Positions 26,872 through 36,112 of a stretch of DNA of 64,000 nt are shown here, piece by piece. Source of the DNA: Syntrophorhabdaceae bacterium (GTDB lineage: Bacteria > Desulfobacterota > Syntrophorhabdia > Syntrophorhabdales > Syntrophorhabdaceae); NCBI GenBank assembly GCA_963666485.2, contig CAXXUO010000001.1:896001-960000 (forward strand), given 5' to 3'. Each line of letters starts with the position of its first letter. Position 1 is the first letter of the stretch. Both the position numbers and the translations under genes were made by a program. The notes beneath the pieces were generated by a model. The model saw only the letters and a list, made by a program, of their open reading frames with translations. It did not search any database and was not told the origin of the DNA.

Positions 26872-28545
26872 TCACATCGCCTCCAGGAGGGCGCTTATCT
26901 CGTCCCCGATGATCGTGTCCACGTAACCCTTGAGACTGACCGCGGACGACGGGCACGTCGCGTTGCACAGCCCGCAGCCCATGCATGCCGCTTCTTCGAC
27001 GTGGACGACATGTTTTTCCTCGTCGTACTTTATTGCCTTCGCCACGCAGGCCTGCTCGCACATCCGGCACCCGCTGCAGCGCTTCGGATCGACGATCGAG
27101 ATGAACGGGTCGACGAACGCGTAGCCCAGGTTCAAGAAACCGTAAAGCTTGAGGGCGGATGCCCTGCCGTGGTTTATCGATTCCTCGACGTCCTTCGGCC
27201 CCGAGCACGACCCCGCGATGAAGATGCCTTTCACGGCCGTATCGAAGGGACGCAGCTTGATGTGCGCCTCGAGGAAGAACTTGTCCTTGTCCAGGGAGAT
27301 CTTGAGAAGGCTCGCGATGTCCCGCGACGTCTGCGGGAACGACATGCCGATAGACAGGACGACGAGGTCGAACTCACGCTCGAACACCTCGCCGAGAAGG
27401 GTGTCTTCCCCGCGGAGCACGATGCCCTGCTCCTCCGGGATGATCTCCGCTATGTTGGCACGTGTGAAGAGGACGCCTTTTTCCTGCGTGTCCTCGAAAA
27501 ACTCCTCGCCGCCCCGCGGATGGGCGCGCATATCCATGTAAAAAGATTCCACGTATGAATCTTTAAATTTTTCCTTGACGCCTTCCGCCGCCCGGAGCGC
27601 ATTGATGCAGCAGATGCGCGAACAGTAGGGCCTGCCGATCTGCTCGTCGCGCGAGCCCACGCAATGCAGGATCGCTACCCGGGGATTGTCGGGAAGTTGC
27701 AGACTGTCGCCCGTCTTCTCGAGATCGAGCGTCGTCACGATGCGCGGGTCCCTGCCGTAGCCGAGCTCCGGCTTTATGTTGGGATCGAAGGGAGTAAAGC
27801 CGATCGCAACGACGACGCCCCCCGCCATGATCTTCTTCTCGCCGTTCGGCGTATCGATCGTCGCCTGGTAGTTGCCGAAGAAGCCTTCGAAATTTGTCAG
27901 CTTCGAGGAAGTGAATATCGCAACATTATCCCGGCCCCTGAGCTCCTTTTCCATACCGGCAATTATGTCCGCTCCATTCTTCCGGGATGGCCAGACGCTT
28001 TTGAGCTCCCGGACGTGGCCGCCGAGCTCGGCTGCCTCCTCGACAAGGTAGACATCCATGCCCATCTTCGAGAGAAAGAGTGCGGCGCTTAAGCCCGATA
28101 CCCCGCCTCCGAGAACGAGCGCGGACTTATTGACCTCGACCTGCTTTTCTTCGAGGGGTATGTAGTGCGCGGCGCCGTAGAGGCCCGACAGGATGAGGCG
28201 CTTCGCCTTCTCGGTGTTCTCCTCCATGTCGTCGCCGACCCAGCTGCAGTGTTCCCGGATGCTGACGCGGCGCAGGAGGAACGGGTTCACATCCTTCTTC
28301 CTCAGGAGGTCCTTGAAGAGCTCGCCGTGGAGCGACGGGGCGCACGACGCGACAATGACCCGGTCGAGGCCGTTCTTTTCGATGCTGTCCGTGATCATGT
28401 TCTGCCCGGGCTCGGAGCACAGGAACGGGTAGTCCTCCGAAACGGTGACCTGCGGGTATTTTTTGAAATACTCGCTCAACCCGGCAACGTCGACCGTGTG
28501 CTTGATGTTGTGCCCGCAATGGCAGATAAATATCCCTGTTTTCAT
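26872..28545 (-). CDS. hdrA: Heterodisulfide reductase subunit A-like protein
   Basis: N-terminal ICHCG.NI...CS..GQ...ASC.P..H...IREHCSW, GGGVSG, CVGSRD...CSRICC, and C-terminal ferredoxin motifs; start overlaps the upstream stop (ATGA). Confidence 0.92.
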   Translation of the reverse strand: MKTGIFICHCGHNIKHTVDVAGLSEYFKKYPQVTVSEDYPFLCSEPGQNMITDSIEKNGLDRVIVASCAPSLHGELFKDLLRKKDVNPFLLRRVSIREHCSWVGDDMEENTEKAKRLILSGLYGAAHYIPLEEKQVEVNKSALVLGGGVSGLSAALFLSKMGMDVYLVEEAAELGGHVRELKSVWPSRKNGADIIAGMEKELRGRDNVAIFTSSKLTNFEGFFGNYQATIDTPNGEKKIMAGGVVVAIGFTPFDPNIKPELGYGRDPRIVTTLDLEKTGDSLQLPDNPRVAILHCVGSRDEQIGRPYCSRICCINALRAAEGVKEKFKDSYVESFYMDMRAHPRGGEEFFEDTQEKGVLFTRANIAEIIPEEQGIVLRGEDTLLGEVFEREFDLVVLSIGMSFPQTSRDIASLLKISLDKDKFFLEAHIKLRPFDTAVKGIFIAGSCSGPKDVEESINHGRASALKLYGFLNLGYAFVDPFISIVDPKRCSGCRMCEQACVAKAIKYDEEKHVVHVEEAACMGCGLCNATCPSSAVSLKGYVDTIIGDEISALLEAM

Positions 28546-29846
28546 GAACCGGTCCCTTCGACAATGTATTCCATGCACCGCGACGCGGCTTCGCCTCCCG
28601 AGGCCACGGTGTCGGGGACGTCCTTCGGGCCCGAACCCATGCCGCACACGAAGATGCCCTCGACATTCGTCTCGGACGGCGTCACGGCATCGACCTTGAT
28701 AAACCCGTATTCGTCGCGCTCGACCGCTAACAGGTCGCACAATTCGATAGTCGATTTGCGCGGCCGCACGCCTGTCGCAAGGATGACCATGTCGGTCTCG
28801 ACCTCGCGCATCTCGCCCGTCAGCATATCCTCGACGCGAACCAAAAGGCAGTCGTCACCCTGGGTAACCTCTCCGGGGATGCCCCGGATATAGAGGGCCC
28901 CGTTCTCCTGGGTCGTCTTGTAGAACTCGTCGTAGCCCTTTCCATATGCCCGGACATCGATATAGGACACGTAGACCTCGGCGTCCTTTATCCGGTCCTT
29001 CACGATGGAGGCATGCTTCGCCGTGTACATGCAGCAGACCCGGGAGCAGTATCGCGCTCCGCTTAGGCGGTCGCGTGAGCCGACGCACTGGATGAAATAA
29101 AACCGCTTCGGCTGTTTCCCGTTAAGAAGTATATCGCCCCCCGTCGGCCCTGTCACCGAGCAGATCCTCTCGAATTCGAGGCCTGTCACGACGCCGGGGA
29201 GCGTCCCGTAGCCGAGCTCCTGTTTTTCGGTCGGATCGTAGACATCGAAGCCGGGGGCCAGGACAATGCTGTCAAAGTACATCTCCAGTTCTTCGCCCTT
29301 ATCGTCGAAATTGATGGCTCCCGTGTCGCACGCCTCGACGCAGGCCTTCTTGCACTTGCCCCGGGACACGAAGAGGCACCTCTCCGGGTCGACGAGGTAT
29401 TTCTGGGGGATGGCCTGGGGAAAGGGCATGTAAATGGCTGCCCGCTTCCCGAGGAGCATATTGAACTCGTGCGGTATCCTGCCTTTCATGACGCAGGCCT
29501 CGGAACAGCTGCCGCACGCCGTGCATTTCTTTGCCTCGACATAGCGGGGGTTCTTCTTAATGCCGACCAGGAACCCCGGCCCCTTGCGTGTCATGTGTGT
29601 TATATGGGACACGCTCATGAGGTCGATCTTGTGATTGAGGGAAACCTCGACCATTTTCGGCGAGAGGGTGCATGTCGAGCAGTCGAGCGTCGGGAAGGTC
29701 TTGTCGAGCTGGATCATCCTGCCGCCGATCGACGGGCCCGACTCCACCATCGTCACATTGATGCCGCATGAGGCGAGCTCGAGGGCGGCGGTTATCCCGC
29801 CTATCCCTCCGCCCACAACAAGCACGTTTTTATCGCTGTTGTCCAT
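28542..29846 (-). CDS. hdrA: HdrA-like protein (short form lacking the N-terminal Fe-S domain)
   Basis: GGGIGG, IGGRMIQLDKTFPTLDCSTC, inserted ferredoxin domain, CVGSRD...CSRVCC, GPKDVPDTV. Confidence 0.92.
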   Translation of the reverse strand: MDNSDKNVLVVGGGIGGITAALELASCGINVTMVESGPSIGGRMIQLDKTFPTLDCSTCTLSPKMVEVSLNHKIDLMSVSHITHMTRKGPGFLVGIKKNPRYVEAKKCTACGSCSEACVMKGRIPHEFNMLLGKRAAIYMPFPQAIPQKYLVDPERCLFVSRGKCKKACVEACDTGAINFDDKGEELEMYFDSIVLAPGFDVYDPTEKQELGYGTLPGVVTGLEFERICSVTGPTGGDILLNGKQPKRFYFIQCVGSRDRLSGARYCSRVCCMYTAKHASIVKDRIKDAEVYVSYIDVRAYGKGYDEFYKTTQENGALYIRGIPGEVTQGDDCLLVRVEDMLTGEMREVETDMVILATGVRPRKSTIELCDLLAVERDEYGFIKVDAVTPSETNVEGIFVCGMGSGPKDVPDTVASGGEAASRCMEYIVEGTGS

Positions 29847-30769
29847 TAACCTACGATCTCTTTCAGTTTGTCCCGGACCTTATGGATATCCGCTATGATC
29901 CCGAAATGCGCGTACTGGAAGATCGGGGCCTCCGTATCCTTGTTGACCGCTATGATGCACTCGGAGTCCTTCATTCCGGCAATGTGCTGGAACGCACCGG
30001 ATATGCCCATCGCGAGATAGACCTTCGGCTTGACCGTCTTTCCCGACGTCCCGACCTGCCTGGGCTTCGGGAGCCACATCTTGTCGATGACCGGGCGCGA
30101 TCCCGAAAGCACGGCTTTGAGCTTGCCGGCGAGGTCCTCGTACGCGGGGATCTCGTCCTTGTTGCCGATGCCCCTGCCGACGGAGAGGAGGAAATCCGCC
30201 TTCGTGATATCGATGTCCCCTTTCTCTTCTTCGACGTACTCGACGAAGACCCTGTTGTCGACGGGGGCTGTGCCCTCCATCTCCTCGGCCTTCGCCGCCT
30301 TGTCCGCGGCGAATTCCTTGAAGCTCCCGCTGCGGACGCTTATGACGACGGGCCCGCCGTTCGCCTTGAACTCGCCGAAGATCTTGTCGGAGTAGTAGCT
30401 TTTCAGGAAAACTCCCGTTTCCTTATTGTATCCGCTGACATCGGTCACGACCGGGAACCCGAAGGCGCCCGCCGTATATGCCGCAGACTCCATCCCAAAG
30501 GAGGAGTGGGTGAATATGATGAGGTCCGGGTTGCCGCGGGCGGCAAAGACCTGGCCCAGTATATTTTTCAGGTTAAGCGGGTTCAGGAACACCTCTTCGG
30601 CGACCTTGACCTTCACGACGGTATCCGCTATGTTCCCGGCCTGGTACGCCCCGTCGGGGAGCAGCATGACCGACTCCTTCCCGAGAAGGGCAGCAATGCC
30701 CGCCGAATCGAGGTTCCTCTCTTCAAACACTCCGCGCCGCACTTCAGCTATTATCAATGCGTAACTCAC
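29846..30769 (-). CDS. etfA: Electron transfer flavoprotein alpha subunit
   Basis: [38 protein letters not shown] start overlaps the etfB stop. Confidence 0.95.
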   Translation of the reverse strand: MSYALIIAEVRRGVFEERNLDSAGIAALLGKESVMLLPDGAYQAGNIADTVVKVKVAEEVFLNPLNLKNILGQVFAARGNPDLIIFTHSSFGMESAAYTAGAFGFPVVTDVSGYNKETGVFLKSYYSDKIFGEFKANGGPVVISVRSGSFKEFAADKAAKAEEMEGTAPVDNRVFVEYVEEEKGDIDITKADFLLSVGRGIGNKDEIPAYEDLAGKLKAVLSGSRPVIDKMWLPKPRQVGTSGKTVKPKVYLAMGISGAFQHIAGMKDSECIIAVNKDTEAPIFQYAHFGIIADIHKVRDKLKEIVG

Positions 30770-31545
30770 TGGAACACCCCCTTCTCCTTGAGTATGCCGA
30801 GGAGCTGGCCGCACACGGAATCGAGCTCGCCGGTGAGCATCGTCGCACCGCCCTTCTTCTCCGGGTAGGTCCACCGCACGACCTCGATCCCTGCGGCTGC
30901 GTCAGGCGCGTAGCCCGAGGCCGGGAAAACCTTCCTCTCGACCTTGCTCGCCTTGCGGATACCCATGATGGAGACGTACCGCGGCTCGTTGATGCCGCTC
31001 TGTATCGAGAGCACGCACGGGACCGCTATCTTTACCCGTTCCTGCAGGCCGCCTTCGAGCTCCCGCCGGATGACCATGTGGTCCTTCTCGACCGCGTCTA
31101 TGCCGATGACCATCGAGGAATACGGCAGGCCGAGGACCGCCCCCAAGATCCCGCCGACGCAGCCGAACTGGTCGTCTTCCGACTGGACGCCGGTGAAGAT
31201 GACATCGAAAGGTATGTTTTCCTTCTGGATAAAATTCTGGATGAGCCTGCTTCTGACGCCGGGATCGTGAAAAATGGTCTCCGAATTGACCAGGAAACCG
31301 TCTTTCGCGCCCATCGCGATGGCCCGCCTCAAGACCTCGTCCGACTCGGCGTCGCCTATCGCTATCGCGGTCACTGTCCCGCCCGTCTTCTCGACGATCC
31401 GCACCGCCTCCTCGATCGAATAATTATCCCAGTCGTTGATCTTGAACGGCACCTTGGAGAGATCGACGGCGGCGCCCTCATCCTTGATCCTCAGTTCCTC
31501 TTCCTGGGTTGCAGCAACCCTTTTCGTAAACACAAGGATATTCAT
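30766..31545 (-). CDS. etfB: Electron transfer flavoprotein beta subunit
   Basis: INDWDNYSIEEA, LRRAIAMGA, G.QS.D, RELEGG, INEPRY. Confidence 0.95.
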   Translation of the reverse strand: MNILVFTKRVAATQEEELRIKDEGAAVDLSKVPFKINDWDNYSIEEAVRIVEKTGGTVTAIAIGDAESDEVLRRAIAMGAKDGFLVNSETIFHDPGVRSRLIQNFIQKENIPFDVIFTGVQSEDDQFGCVGGILGAVLGLPYSSMVIGIDAVEKDHMVIRRELEGGLQERVKIAVPCVLSIQSGINEPRYVSIMGIRKASKVERKVFPASGYAPDAAAGIEVVRWTYPEKKGGATMLTGELDSVCGQLLGILKEKGVFQ

Positions 31546-31546
31546 C

Positions 31547-32641
31547 TTATATGACCTCCATCAAGATTTCTGACAGCTCTTTTACAACGAGTCCTTTCTC
31601 CGTGGCCGGGTCCTCGAGCGTCATGACGCAGAAGGGGCACGCGGCGGCTATGATCTCCGCCCCCCGCTTCCCCGCGTCGATCACCCGGACCTCTGCGTTG
31701 CGCTGATAGACGCTTTCGACCTCGAAGAACATCCTGCCGCCACCGCCTTCACAGCACAGCGACGTCTCGCGCGAACGGGAAAATTCGAGAAGTTCCAGGC
31801 CCGGCACCGCCTTCAGTATGGCCCGCGGCTCATCGAAGATGCCGTTCTGCTTGCCGAGAAAACACGGGTCGTGATAGATAACCTTTTTCTCAAAAGACCC
31901 GGGGAATTTCAGCGTCCCCTCTTCGACCATCTTCGCAAGCACCTCGGTGTAATGGACGACCTTTATGCCCGTATCGCCGTATTCCTTCTTCAGCGCGTTC
32001 ATACAGTGAGGCGACAGGGCCACGATCTCCCGCACACCGTATTCCTTGAACGTTCCGAGGTTTTCTTCCTGGAGTTCTTCGAAAAGCCCGGACTCTCCGA
32101 TCCTGCGTATCTCGTTCCCGCAGCAGGCCTCCTCCTCGCCCAGTATGCCGAACTCCATCCCGCCGGCCTTCAACAGCCGCGCGACGTTAACGGGGATCAC
32201 CATGCACCGGGGATCGTAGGCCTGGATACAGCAGACGAAAAGGAGCCTTTTGCTTTCGGTTTCGCTTACATGCGGAACCTCGAAATCGAGCTTTTCGAGC
32301 CACTCTCCGCGTTTGTTGCGCGAGCGGCCCCACGGGTTCTTCTGAACGAAGGTGTTTTCGAGCGCCTTCTGCAACGCCAGCGGTATATCGCCGTCCTCGA
32401 CGAATTTTGACCGGAGCTCTATGACGACCTCGGAGGGTTTCACGTCCCGGGGACACCTGAGTGTACATGCCCCGCACGATGTACAGTACCAGGGAATCGA
32501 CTCTTCGACATCCGATTTGAACTGGGTCTTTCGTACGAGCATCCTGACATTGAAAGGCGTCTTCCCGGATTCGGGGCATCCTCCCGTGCATTTGCCGCAC
32601 TGGATGCACGTTAAAGCCCGTGTAGCAGTCTGTTCAGGCAT
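31547..32641 (-). CDS. Soluble HdrD/GlpC-like (Fe-S)-binding protein (2x[4Fe-4S] + 2 CCG domains)
   Basis: CIQCGKCTGGCP, CTSCGACTLRCP, EACCG, YHDPCFLG, CCEGGGG, ACPFC; no TM segment seen. Confidence 0.9.
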   Translation of the reverse strand: MPEQTATRALTCIQCGKCTGGCPESGKTPFNVRMLVRKTQFKSDVEESIPWYCTSCGACTLRCPRDVKPSEVVIELRSKFVEDGDIPLALQKALENTFVQKNPWGRSRNKRGEWLEKLDFEVPHVSETESKRLLFVCCIQAYDPRCMVIPVNVARLLKAGGMEFGILGEEEACCGNEIRRIGESGLFEELQEENLGTFKEYGVREIVALSPHCMNALKKEYGDTGIKVVHYTEVLAKMVEEGTLKFPGSFEKKVIYHDPCFLGKQNGIFDEPRAILKAVPGLELLEFSRSRETSLCCEGGGGRMFFEVESVYQRNAEVRVIDAGKRGAEIIAAACPFCVMTLEDPATEKGLVVKELSEILMEVI

Positions 32642-32699
32642 TATTTCCGACCCCCGCTTCTTTGCTATATTTTGCTGGATTCATGGCTTCCCTGTAATA

Positions 32700-32715
32700 T
32701 GCAATGAGGATACCA
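32700..32715 (-). promoter_or_regulatory. Sigma54 -24/-12 promoter of the hdr/etf operon
   Basis: Minus strand TGGTAT-CCTCA-TTGCA. Confidence 0.8.
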
Positions 32716-32791
32716 CAGGATCGCTTCCCTGAATGCCAAATTATTACCAGATGTTACCATAGTCATCCGGAAATTATTACCCTATATTATA

Positions 32792-32827
32792 TGTCTATTT
32801 TGGTGACAAGTGTATCCTTTTGATACG
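32792..32827. promoter_or_regulatory. Candidate tandem enhancer (UAS) for a sigma54 activator
   Basis: TGT-N11-ACA (32792-32808) and TGT-N11-ACG (32811-32827), about 80-110 bp upstream of the -24 box. Confidence 0.55.
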
Positions 32828-32832
32828 ATATA

Positions 32833-34755
32833 GTGGTATACTCTTGCGAAATGCCATCAAAACGTGCCAGCGTCAAGCCCGGGCCCGGTAAAGGGCAGGA
32901 AATCCATCATCTTTTCAGGGACCTCGCCGAAAAATCGCTTGTTGGTATTTACCTGATCCAGGATAAGCTGTTCCGGTATACCAATGAAAGGTTGGGCCAG
33001 ATCTTCGGTTATTCGGTCGATGAGATAATCGACCGGATGGGCCCTGAACACCTGGTCTATTCGGAAGACTGGCCTATCGTCGACGCGAACATCAATCGAA
33101 GGATAGCCGGCAAACTCACATCGATCCACTACGAGTTCAGGGGCGCCAGGAAGGACGGGGGTATCATCGATATAGAGGCGTACGGATATGCCACCGTCTA
33201 CAAGGGCAGGTCCGCAGTCATAGGGACGCTTCTCGATATAACCAGGAAAAAGCAGGCCGACCGCATGTTGAAAGAGGCCGAGCAGCTCTACCGCGGCATT
33301 TTTGAGAATGCCATAGAAGGGATCTTTCAGACGACGGTGGACGGAAAGATGATCGCGTCGAACCCTGCGCTCGCGACAATGCTCGGCTACAGGTCGCCCG
33401 AGGAATATATCGCATCCATTTCCGACCTGAAAAACCAGCACTATGTCAACCCGGACCATCGCCAGATCTTCATCGACACCATAGAGCGTGAAGGGATCGC
33501 GAGGGGTTTCGAGTGCCAGCTCTACAAGAAGAACGGCGACATACTGTGGGTCGTCATGAATGCCCGCGCAGTGCGGGAACCCGACGGATCCACGAGATAT
33601 TACGAAGGGACGATAGAAGATATAACCGAGCAGAAAAAAGCTGCCGACAAATTACGGACCCTCAATGAATTCAACCAGGCCATCATAGAACATGCGCCCG
33701 TTGCCATCTTCACGCTCGACAAAAAGGGCCGGTTCACGAGCGTCAATCCCGCGCTTGCGGAACTCTCAGGCCTCGGGGAGAAAGCGGAAAAGAAACTTCT
33801 CGGTTTCAACTGGCTCACCAACGCTTTTACGATAAAATCGGGGCTTGCGAAACATATCAGGAAAGGCCTCAAGGGAGAACCTTTCCAGCTCTGGGATTTT
33901 CCTTTTATGACGTACAGGGGCGACCGGAGCATCTACATGGATTTCAAGGGCGTACCGCTGAGAAGCCGCACCGGCGCTATCGACGGCCTCTTGTGCATCA
34001 TCGAGGAAACAACGGACCGGGTGAAGACGCGCGCAAAGCTCATGCAGGACACAAAGATATCCGCCATCGGAAGGCTCGCCGCAGGGGCCGCCCACGAGCT
34101 CAACAACCCGCTGGCGACGCTCGTCGCCTTCGCCGAGATAGCGACGGACATGGTACAGACGTGGAGGAACGCGTGCGATTCTCCCCTCGATGCGGGACAG
34201 CTTGCCTACTGCCTCGACATCATCCAGCAGCAGGCGTTCCGGTGCAAGAATGTCATCAATGACCTTTTGAGCCTTTCGCGCAAGGACGGCCTCGAGATGA
34301 CCGACGTCGACGTCAACAACCTCATCGCCATCATCCTCGATTCGGTCAATTTCGATGCGCGGGGGATCGTCGTCATGAGCGAGCTCATGCCCTCCCTGCC
34401 GATGGCCCGGGCGGACTTGAGCGCCCTGCGCCAGGTCGTCGTCAACCTGGTACACAATGCGATGGATGCGGTAGAAGGAAGGATGGACGCAACGGTATGG
34501 GTCAGAACGTACCTTGAGAACGGTGCGCTCAACATCGAGGTGGCCGACAACGGGATCGGGATACCGCCCACCATCCTCGAAAAGATATTCGAGCCGTTCT
34601 TCACGACAAAAGAGACCGAGAAAGGGATAGGGCTCGGGCTGTCCCTGTCGTTCGAATTCTTGAAGAGCATGAACGGGAGCATCAGCGTAAAAAGCGAGCC
34701 GGGGTCGGGCACGACGTTCAACGTGAGGCTGCCCGTAAGCGGCGGCGGGAGATAG
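32833..34755 (+). CDS. Cytoplasmic multi-PAS histidine kinase
   Basis: Three PAS domains; AHELNNPL, NLVHNAMDA, DNGIGI, FEPFFTTK, GIGLGLS. Start uncertain (GTG 32833 or ATG 32851). Confidence 0.93.
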   Translation: MVYSCEMPSKRASVKPGPGKGQEIHHLFRDLAEKSLVGIYLIQDKLFRYTNERLGQIFGYSVDEIIDRMGPEHLVYSEDWPIVDANINRRIAGKLTSIHYEFRGARKDGGIIDIEAYGYATVYKGRSAVIGTLLDITRKKQADRMLKEAEQLYRGIFENAIEGIFQTTVDGKMIASNPALATMLGYRSPEEYIASISDLKNQHYVNPDHRQIFIDTIEREGIARGFECQLYKKNGDILWVVMNARAVREPDGSTRYYEGTIEDITEQKKAADKLRTLNEFNQAIIEHAPVAIFTLDKKGRFTSVNPALAELSGLGEKAEKKLLGFNWLTNAFTIKSGLAKHIRKGLKGEPFQLWDFPFMTYRGDRSIYMDFKGVPLRSRTGAIDGLLCIIEETTDRVKTRAKLMQDTKISAIGRLAAGAAHELNNPLATLVAFAEIATDMVQTWRNACDSPLDAGQLAYCLDIIQQQAFRCKNVINDLLSLSRKDGLEMTDVDVNNLIAIILDSVNFDARGIVVMSELMPSLPMARADLSALRQVVVNLVHNAMDAVEGRMDATVWVRTYLENGALNIEVADNGIGIPPTILEKIFEPFFTTKETEKGIGLGLSLSFEFLKSMNGSISVKSEPGSGTTFNVRLPVSGGGR

Positions 34756-34759
34756 ACGT

Positions 34760-36109
34760 ATGATCAGTGTATTGATCGTCGACGATGAGTCGAAACTTGT
34801 CGAGGCTTTCATCATGCAGCTCACGAAGGAAGGAATGAAGGTGTCCGGCGTGTTCAACGCCGCGGATGCCCTCGCAGCGCTCAAGAAAGAATCATTCGAT
34901 GTCGCAGTCGTTGATATAAGGCTGCCTGATCTCGATGGCGTGAACCTCCTTTTAAAAATGAAGCAGGCCGAGCCGGCGCTCGAGATCATTATGCTGACCG
35001 GTTTTGCATCGGTCGACACGGCCATCCGCTCTATGAAGCTCGGTGCGTACGATTACCTGACAAAGCCCTGCAAAATATCCGAGCTCGCGGCGATCATAGC
35101 GAAGGCTGCAGAAAAAAAGGCCCTCGCCGAGAACAACCTCGTCCTGAAGGAACACCTCATGCGGGTCGCGGTCCACGACAACTTCGTCGGCGAAAGCAAG
35201 GCAATGAAGAAGGTCAAGGAATTGATATCGATCGTCGCCCCCTCGAACACCCCGGTCCTGATCCAGGGCGAGACCGGGACAGGAAAGGAGGTCGCCGCGC
35301 GCGCCATTCACGACCAGAGCCCGCGCGCTTCGAACCCCTTTGTCGCCATCAATTCGAGCGCGCTGCAGGAGACGATCCTCGAAAGCGAGCTTTTCGGCTA
35401 CAAGAAAGGGGCATTCACCGGGGCACAGTCGGACAAGCTGGGCCTTCTCGATATTGCCAATAACGGGACCCTGTTCATCGACGAGATAGGGGACATGGGG
35501 CTCGCGATACAGGCGAAGCTCTTACGCGTCCTCGAGACGGGATCGTTCATGAAGCTCGGCGACACGAAGGAAACGAAGGTGGATGTCCGGTTCATTTTTG
35601 CCACGAACAAAGACCTCAAGGAGGAGATCGAGGAGAAGAAATTCCGGAACGATCTCTTCTTCAGGATAAACACGTTCATCATCACCCTGCCGGCCCTGCG
35701 CGACAAGAAAGAGGACATCCCGCTCCTTGTCAGTTACTTTCTCGAAAAGTTCAGCACACCGGGTGAAAGGAAACGTCTCGCTTCCCGGGCCTTCGATGTC
35801 TTCATGGCATACGGCTGGCCGGGAAATGTACGGGAACTCGTCAACGTCATCGAAAGGTCCGTTTTGATCAGCGGGAAACGTGCGGAGATAATTTCGGATG
35901 ATTTCCCGGAAAACCTGGTCAAGGATATCCCGTCCGGGTCTTTGCCTTTCAACCTTCCCGCGCCTTCGACCGCGGTTGACCTCACGAGCATGGAGGACGA
36001 GCACATCCGTAACGTCCTTGCATCTGTCAGCGGCAACAAATCGGAGGCGGCCCGCCTCCTTGGCATCAGCAGGAAAAAACTGTACAGCAGGATAAAGAAA
36101 GACGGGTAG
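34760..36109 (+). CDS. Sigma54-dependent response regulator (NtrC family)
   Basis: Receiver domain, GETGTGKE, ELFGYKKGAFTGA, WPGNVREL, Fis-type HTH. Confidence 0.96.
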   Translation: MISVLIVDDESKLVEAFIMQLTKEGMKVSGVFNAADALAALKKESFDVAVVDIRLPDLDGVNLLLKMKQAEPALEIIMLTGFASVDTAIRSMKLGAYDYLTKPCKISELAAIIAKAAEKKALAENNLVLKEHLMRVAVHDNFVGESKAMKKVKELISIVAPSNTPVLIQGETGTGKEVAARAIHDQSPRASNPFVAINSSALQETILESELFGYKKGAFTGAQSDKLGLLDIANNGTLFIDEIGDMGLAIQAKLLRVLETGSFMKLGDTKETKVDVRFIFATNKDLKEEIEEKKFRNDLFFRINTFIITLPALRDKKEDIPLLVSYFLEKFSTPGERKRLASRAFDVFMAYGWPGNVRELVNVIERSVLISGKRAEIISDDFPENLVKDIPSGSLPFNLPAPSTAVDLTSMEDEHIRNVLASVSGNKSEAARLLGISRKKLYSRIKKDG

Positions 36110-36112
36110 GGA

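Noticed and set aside
26442..29846. Selenocysteine read-through in MvhD/HdrA
   Set aside because: The ORFs are full length with ordinary Cys motifs; no in-frame TGA is needed.
22552..32641. Class II benzoyl-CoA reductase (Bam) or QmoABC assignment
   Set aside because: No tungsten AOR-family BamB, no aprAB and no membrane QmoC in the window; only generic Hdr/Mvh/Etf modules are supported.
32834..32848. Sigma54 promoter on the + strand (TGGTATACTCTTGCG)
   Set aside because: GG-to-GC spacing is 9 nt instead of the required 10.
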